Part shown: piece after piece, positions 27,558 to 32,000 of the stretch
How positions within the stretch are numbered: position 1 is the first letter of the stretch
How the letters are laid out: the number at the start of each line of letters is the position of its first letter
NCBI RefSeq assembly: GCF_023167465.1
Contig: NZ_AP025698.1
Span: 882,771-914,770 of the forward strand
DNA from: Methanothermobacter tenebrarum
GTDB taxonomy: Archaea > Methanobacteriota > Methanobacteria > Methanobacteriales > DSM-23052
Length of the DNA: 32,000 nt
Direction of reading: 5' to 3'
Translations under genes and position numbers: made by a program
The notes under the pieces: generated by a model
Seen by the model: only the letters and a program-made list of their open reading frames with translations
The model's database searches: none
Told to the model about the DNA's origin: nothing

Positions 27558-29270
27558 TTAAGACGCTCTAACCCCACTAGAATTATTTTTTAAAATTTTT
27601 TTTATTTGCTTCAGGTTCATGGTATTTATTATATCCTCTGATGTTGCCCATCCTCTCCTGGCTGTTTTAACACCCCATTTTATGTTGTGGAGGTCCGGGA
27701 GCCGGTGGGCGTCACTATTTATTGCGAGTTTGCACCCGTATTCTATGGCCTTTTTTATGTAGATGTCCTTGAGGTCTAAGCGGATTGGATTAGCATTCAT
27801 TTCAAAGATTTTACCATTATCAGCCGCCTCTTCGAATATACGATCAAGGTTGAGGGGATATTCTTCTCTTCTGAATAGTTTTCTCCCGGTAGGGTGTCCT
27901 ATTATATGGACGTGTTTGTTTTGTATTGCTGATAGTATACGTTCTGTCATATCCTCTCTTCCAGGTGAATGTATGCTCGCTATTACAATGTCTAACCTGG
28001 ATAGTATGTCATCTGGGATGTCTAGTTGGCCGTCTAATCTTATGTTGACCTCTATACCCTTGAAGACATGTACTTTAGAGTTTAGCTTGTCTATTTCCTC
28101 TATTTGTCTCTGGAGTTTTTCCTCGTCCAGGCCACCGACGATTTTGAGTGAGCTGCTGTGATCTGTGATGGCTATATACTCGTATCCTAGGCTTTCAGCG
28201 GCCTTGGCCAGGGTCTCTATGGTTTCTGTGCCGTCGCTCCATATGCTGTGGATGTGGAGGTCTCCCTTGATCTGGTCTTCTCTCACCAGTGTTGGGAGTT
28301 TTCCTTGGAGGGCGGCTTCTATTTCTCCATTGTTTTCCCGGAGTTCTGGTTGGATATATTCTAACCCGAGGGCTTTGAAGATTTCCTTTTCCGTTTTTGA
28401 GGCTATCCTCTTGCTGTTCTTGTATAATCCGTATTCGTTTAGTTTCATCGATTTTGAGCGTGCCAGTCTCCTCAGTTCAACATTAAATTCCATCGACCCT
28501 GTGAAATATAGGAGGGCTGCTCCGAATTCATCTTCTTTGAAGATGCGTAGTTCGCATTCTAGCCCATCTTCTAGGCGTATGATGGCCTTTTTAGGACCCT
28601 TTGCTATTATCTCATCGGCTATTTCCAGGGATGTGAAATAGTCTATGATCTCCTTTGGGTTTTTGGTTGTTGTGAGTATGTCGATGTCCCCGATTGTCTC
28701 TTTACCCCTTCTTATGGACCCTGCTATTTTTACTTTTTCTGTTTTTGGATGCTCCTCGATCCTGGATTTTATATATTCTGCTATGGGCGCCGCATAGGCT
28801 AGGAGTCTCCTTCCCAGGGTTGAGCGGACGAATTTGATGCTCTGGAGTATCCTTTTTTCCTTTTTTTCTCCGATTCCTTTTATTTTCTGGAGGTTACCCT
28901 TCTGGGCGTGGTATTCTAGGTCTTGGAGGTTTTTGATTTTGAGTTTTTCATAGAGTATTTTTATCGTCCTGGGGCCTATCCCTTCTATTGCAAGTAGGCT
29001 GTCCATGTCTATGGGGTATTCCTTTTCTAGTTCTTCTAGGTAGGACAGTTGCCCCGTTTCTAATATTTCCTCTATTTTCTCGGCTATGTTTTTACCTATC
29101 CCTGGCAGTTCTGTTAGTTTTCTTTTTTTGGCGTATTCTTCTATGTCTGTTGGTAGGAGTTGGATGGTGTGGGCTGCTCTTCTGTAGGCTTTGGCTCTGA
29201 ATGTTTCTTCTTTTAACTCGAGGAAGTCAGCCACCCTATTTAGGATCCTGGCGACTAGTGCATTTTTCAT
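27558..29270 (-). CDS. polX: family X DNA polymerase with C-terminal PHP (3'-5' exonuclease/phosphoesterase) domain
   Basis: HhH motifs LPGIGKNIAEKI and IEGIGPRTIKIL, the Pol-beta nucleotidyltransferase core GSIRRGKETIGDIDIL, and the PHP motifs GDLHIHSIWSDG and AITDHS...NSDAH. Confidence 0.9.
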   Translation of the reverse strand: MKNALVARILNRVADFLELKEETFRAKAYRRAAHTIQLLPTDIEEYAKKRKLTELPGIGKNIAEKIEEILETGQLSYLEELEKEYPIDMDSLLAIEGIGPRTIKILYEKLKIKNLQDLEYHAQKGNLQKIKGIGEKKEKRILQSIKFVRSTLGRRLLAYAAPIAEYIKSRIEEHPKTEKVKIAGSIRRGKETIGDIDILTTTKNPKEIIDYFTSLEIADEIIAKGPKKAIIRLEDGLECELRIFKEDEFGAALLYFTGSMEFNVELRRLARSKSMKLNEYGLYKNSKRIASKTEKEIFKALGLEYIQPELRENNGEIEAALQGKLPTLVREDQIKGDLHIHSIWSDGTETIETLAKAAESLGYEYIAITDHSSSLKIVGGLDEEKLQRQIEEIDKLNSKVHVFKGIEVNIRLDGQLDIPDDILSRLDIVIASIHSPGREDMTERILSAIQNKHVHIIGHPTGRKLFRREEYPLNLDRIFEEAADNGKIFEMNANPIRLDLKDIYIKKAIEYGCKLAINSDAHRLPDLHNIKWGVKTARRGWATSEDIINTMNLKQIKKILKNNSSGVRAS

Positions 29271-29299
29271 CCATACACCAAAGAGGATAATAATAGTTT

Positions 29300-30046
29300 T
29301 TAGGGTTTTCTTATGGCTTTTACTATCTCTGATATTTTCTCTTGGATGTTTGTAGTGTTTTCTACTATTGTACCTGTTACTATTATGTCTGCGCCGGCTT
29401 TCGCTGCTTTCTCGGCGTCTTCTCCTGTTCTTATACCCCCGCCTACTATGAGTGTTAGGTTTGTGGATTTTTTAACGCGTTTTATCATCTCTGCTGGTAC
29501 TGGTTTGCCCGCTCCTGATCCTGCTTCTAGGTAGAATATCCGCATTCCTAGTAGTTCTGCTGCCATTGCATAGGCTGCTGCTATGTCCGGTTTGTCCCTT
29601 GGGATCAGTTTAGCGTCCCCAACCCATCCCACGGTGCCTCCTGGTTCTATTACAAGGTATCCCATGGGTAATGGTTCTATTTTCATCTTCTTTATGGTTG
29701 GGGCGGCTAGTGCCTGGGCCCCTATTATCCAATAGGGGTTTGTAGAATTCAGTAAAGTCATGAAGAATATGGCATCAGCATAGCTTGTGATACCTGAAAT
29801 GTTACCGGGGAATAATATTATGGGAACGTCTAGGTTCTCCTTGAGGGTCTTTGCCGTTGTTTCTAATTCTATGCTATTGGTTGTTGACCCTCCGAGCATT
29901 ATCCCATCTGATCCCCCTTGGATTGCTGCGGTTGCTATTTTAAGGGCTTCTTGTGATGTTTGTTCTTCAGGGTCTATGAGGGTGAGGTGTATTTTCCTCT
30001 CCTTGAGAATGTTATTGAAGTAATCTTCAACCTTCATCTTAGACAC
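29300..30046 (-). CDS. geranylgeranylglyceryl phosphate synthase (PcrB/GGGPS family)
   Basis: TIM-barrel GGGPS motifs HLTLIDPEEQ, GGSDGIMLGGS, ILFPGN, GYLVIEPGGTVGWVGDA, FYLEAGSGA and LIVGGGIR. The track start is GTG 30046; ATG 30037 (MKVEDY) is an alternative. Confidence 0.92.
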   Translation of the reverse strand: MSKMKVEDYFNNILKERKIHLTLIDPEEQTSQEALKIATAAIQGGSDGIMLGGSTTNSIELETTAKTLKENLDVPIILFPGNISGITSYADAIFFMTLLNSTNPYWIIGAQALAAPTIKKMKIEPLPMGYLVIEPGGTVGWVGDAKLIPRDKPDIAAAYAMAAELLGMRIFYLEAGSGAGKPVPAEMIKRVKKSTNLTLIVGGGIRTGEDAEKAAKAGADIIVTGTIVENTTNIQEKISEIVKAIRKP

Positions 30047-30062
30047 AAAGAAGTGGGGGGTT

Positions 30063-30209
30063 TTAGCCTCTTGGATCTTTTGCCTTGAATCTTAAACCTT
30101 TATAGCCGCATTTCCTGCACCTTTTCGCATTTGGCGGGTTTCTCGCATTACATTTGAAGCATATTTTAACGTTGAATAGTCTCTCCTCTGCTATTTCGAA
30201 TTTTGCCAT
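30063..30209 (-). CDS. rpl40e: 50S ribosomal protein L40e (48 aa; below the ORF-track size cut-off)
   Basis: Manual minus-strand translation from ATG 30209 gives [48 protein letters not shown], ending at TAA 30065-30063. This is the archaeal L40e Cys4 zinc-ribbon sequence. Confidence 0.88.
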   Translation of the reverse strand: MAKFEIAEERLFNVKICFKCNARNPPNAKRCRKCGYKGLRFKAKDPRG

Positions 30210-30214
30210 GAGTA

Positions 30215-30724
30215 TCATCTCCCTATGAATTCTTCTTGGATTTTAACAACTTCTCGACTATTTTTAGCCTTTGAGTATGCCTCTAATAGTTCCCTGTTGA
30301 GGTCTAGGAAGTGCGGACCCCATTTAAACGAGGACATTATATTGACTGCTATATCTTTTAATCCGATTATATAAAAAGTTGCTGCTAGTGCCTCTGCAGT
30401 TGATAATATAAAAGGTTTGCCATAATTTGTTGGATTGGCAGCTACTAGGTATGGTAGCGCCCTATGATACCTTTTCACTGCGAAGATTGGTGAAGACTTC
30501 TTAACCTCTTTCCATGAACAGTCTAGGGCTGTGACACCCCATTTAAGGATCCTTTCCTTGTCTGCTGGGGATAACGCTCTCTCGGCGAATGGGTTGAGTA
30601 CTATACTACCCCTTGGTATGCGCTTGGGGCTTGTTACTATCCTGAGTTTTCCCATCCTAGCCAGTTTTAAGCTTGTGCATTTCTTCCTGTCACATTCTTC
30701 TGCATGATATACGACGATCCTCAT
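30215..30724 (-). CDS. tsr3: 16S rRNA aminocarboxypropyltransferase Tsr3
   Basis: N-terminal [16 protein letters not shown], then LDCSW and [32 protein letters not shown], characteristic of the Tsr3/DUF367 family. Confidence 0.85.
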   Translation of the reverse strand: MRIVVYHAEECDRKKCTSLKLARMGKLRIVTSPKRIPRGSIVLNPFAERALSPADKERILKWGVTALDCSWKEVKKSSPIFAVKRYHRALPYLVAANPTNYGKPFILSTAEALAATFYIIGLKDIAVNIMSSFKWGPHFLDLNRELLEAYSKAKNSREVVKIQEEFIGR

Positions 30725-30726
30725 AA

Positions 30727-32000
30727 TCAGAATTGTTCCCTTTCGTAGTCCATTATCTTGGGTATTGCAAGTGACGGATCTTCCAGTTGGTCCAGATCGT
30801 AGTATCTTCCACCTGATAGCATTGCAAGTTCCATGTTTATGTTGCGGCCTTGCTGGAACTTTCTTTCGAAGTTTATCACTACTGTGTGTATCTCATTCTT
30901 GTTCAGTTCTTTCCCGAGTTCCATGACATCCTGGATTGGCCTGCCCCCCATGCCAACGTTGGGCATGCCATCACTTAAAATTAGCATCACTGGCACGTAT
31001 TCTTCCCTTTTCTTCTCTTCTTTAAGTATTTCGAGTCCCTTTTTTATGCCATGGGCCATTGGTGTTGTGCCACCTACTCTAATGTTGTCCACCTTTTGTT
31101 GGAATGATTGGGCTCTCTTGGTTGTGGGTATTATTACCTCTGCTTTCCTTCCTTTGAATCCTATGACGCTTAGTTTGTCCTTGTGGCGTTGCGCGTCCTT
31201 TATAATCTTGTTTAGTATGTTCTTTATCTTGGCTGCTTTCTGGTCCGTGAACATGGACCCGCTTATATCTACTACGAGTGCTATGCTGGCCCTTGCACCA
31301 TGTTTTCTGATCTTTTCGCGGAGATCTTCTGGTTCTACCCTTATATGATCTTCTGATTTGAGGGCTGCTGCTCTTAGTGTCGCGTCTATGGCTATGTCCT
31401 TTGATTTTCCTTTTAGCATTTTGCTTTTCACGTATTTTCCCTTTTCTGTCTTTGATTCCACTCTGCTACCGTAGAGTCTCCTTTTCTTTTTGCCCTTAAA
31501 TTTCAGGATCTTTTTAAAGTCTATGTCAACCTCTTCTTCTTGTATTGTCCTTTCACTGGGGTTGGGTGTCATCTTCAGGTCTGCGGAGCCTAGGCTGGGT
31601 TGTCTGCTTTCACCACCATATTGCTCATCCGGCGGGGGGTTCTCACCCCCCACAGTCTCCCCTTCAGACTCTCCAAGTTCCTCTTGTCCCATTTCACTCT
31701 TTGCCCGTTGTATTTGCCTTTTCACATCCTGGCGGGCGTATGATCTTTCAGGTATTCTTTCCCCTAGGACTAGTTCGACAGCCTCTTCAAGATCCTCTGG
31801 GAGGACCCTTGTCCTGCCATTGTATGCTGCTATTGTCTTTGACGTTTTAAGGATGGCTATGTCTGCCCTGTGACCGTCCACTCCCACGTTGACGCATATC
31901 CTAGCGATAAGTTCCAATAGTTTATCATCTATTTTAACCTTGGGTAGTAGTTTCCTTGCGTTGAGTATCCTCTTTAATAGTTTTTCTTGCTCTTTTTGGA
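30727..32000 (-). CDS. ChlI/ChlD (BchD/CobT)-type chelatase subunit: AAA+ lid, acidic Pro-rich linker and VWA domain (5'-partial, runs off the window)
   Basis: The frame stays open upstream of the track start (TTG 31917) to the window edge (...KLLPKVKIDDKLLELIARICVNVGVDGHRADIAILKTSKTIAAYNGR = ChlI-type lid). An acidic/Pro linker follows (GESEGETVGGENPPPDEQYGGE). The VWA domain has the MIDAS motif VVDISGSM...GGTPM...LSDGMPN. Confidence 0.8.
   Translation of the reverse strand, partial: QKEQEKLLKRILNARKLLPKVKIDDKLLELIARICVNVGVDGHRADIAILKTSKTIAAYNGRTRVLPEDLEEAVELVLGERIPERSYARQDVKRQIQRAKSEMGQEELGESEGETVGGENPPPDEQYGGESRQPSLGSADLKMTPNPSERTIQEEEVDIDFKKILKFKGKKKRRLYGSRVESKTEKGKYVKSKMLKGKSKDIAIDATLRAAALKSEDHIRVEPEDLREKIRKHGARASIALVVDISGSMFTDQKAAKIKNILNKIIKDAQRHKDKLSVIGFKGRKAEVIIPTTKRAQSFQQKVDNIRVGGTTPMAHGIKKGLEILKEEKKREEYVPVMLILSDGMPNVGMGGRPIQDVMELGKELNKNEIHTVVINFERKFQQGRNINMELAMLSGGRYYDLDQLEDPSLAIPKIMDYEREQF

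Noticed and set aside
1-32000. CRISPR arrays, rRNA genes, intact IS elements, integrase-bounded islands at the tRNA pair
   Set aside because: No regularly spaced direct repeats were seen. No copy of either tRNA 3' half (a candidate att site) was noticed elsewhere in the window. No integrase, tnpA or recombinase ORF is present.

Overview
Chromosomal window from an archaeon, most likely a pseudomurein-walled methanogen of the Methanobacteriales. Supporting markers are GGGP synthase, ribosomal protein L40e, Tsr3, NurA-HerA-Mre11-Rad50, archaeal-type tRNAs without encoded CCA, G-rich Shine-Dalgarno sites, and three tandem Mur-family peptide ligase paralogues. Coding density is high. The left third (1-9.3 kb) looks accessory. 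It holds a GT4 glycosyltransferase, an unexplained 524-bp intergenic region, a LemA/DUF2207 pair, a degraded IS200/IS605 tnpB relic, an AT-rich gene for a Rho_N/SAP-SWIM-PD-(D/E)xK nuclease-like protein, trxB, a tRNA-Glu/tRNA-Gly pair and an orphan Csa3-like CARF-wHTH regulator. The centre (12.5-25.5 kb) is one co-directional, tightly packed 10-gene minus-strand block: Zn-ribbon/YbjQ, NurA, HerA, Mre11, Rad50, three Mur-type ligases, a membrane-anchored Cys protein with a VanW-like C-terminus, and a MobA-like nucleotidyltransferase. The right part is mostly housekeeping: APC permease, PolX-PHP, GGGP synthase, L40e (missed by the ORF track), Tsr3 and a partial ChlI/ChlD-type chelatase. The best candidates for undescribed biology are (1) the VanW-like extracytoplasmic Cys protein plus nucleotidyltransferase attached to the Mur ligase triad, as candidates for the missing cross-linking and UDP-amino-acid activation steps of pseudomurein synthesis, and (2) the solitary SWIM-nuclease gene beside the tnpB relic. 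HerA also appears to start at a non-canonical ATC codon behind a strong SD. No CRISPR array, rRNA or intact mobile element is present. All family assignments come from motif recognition by eye and need profile searches.
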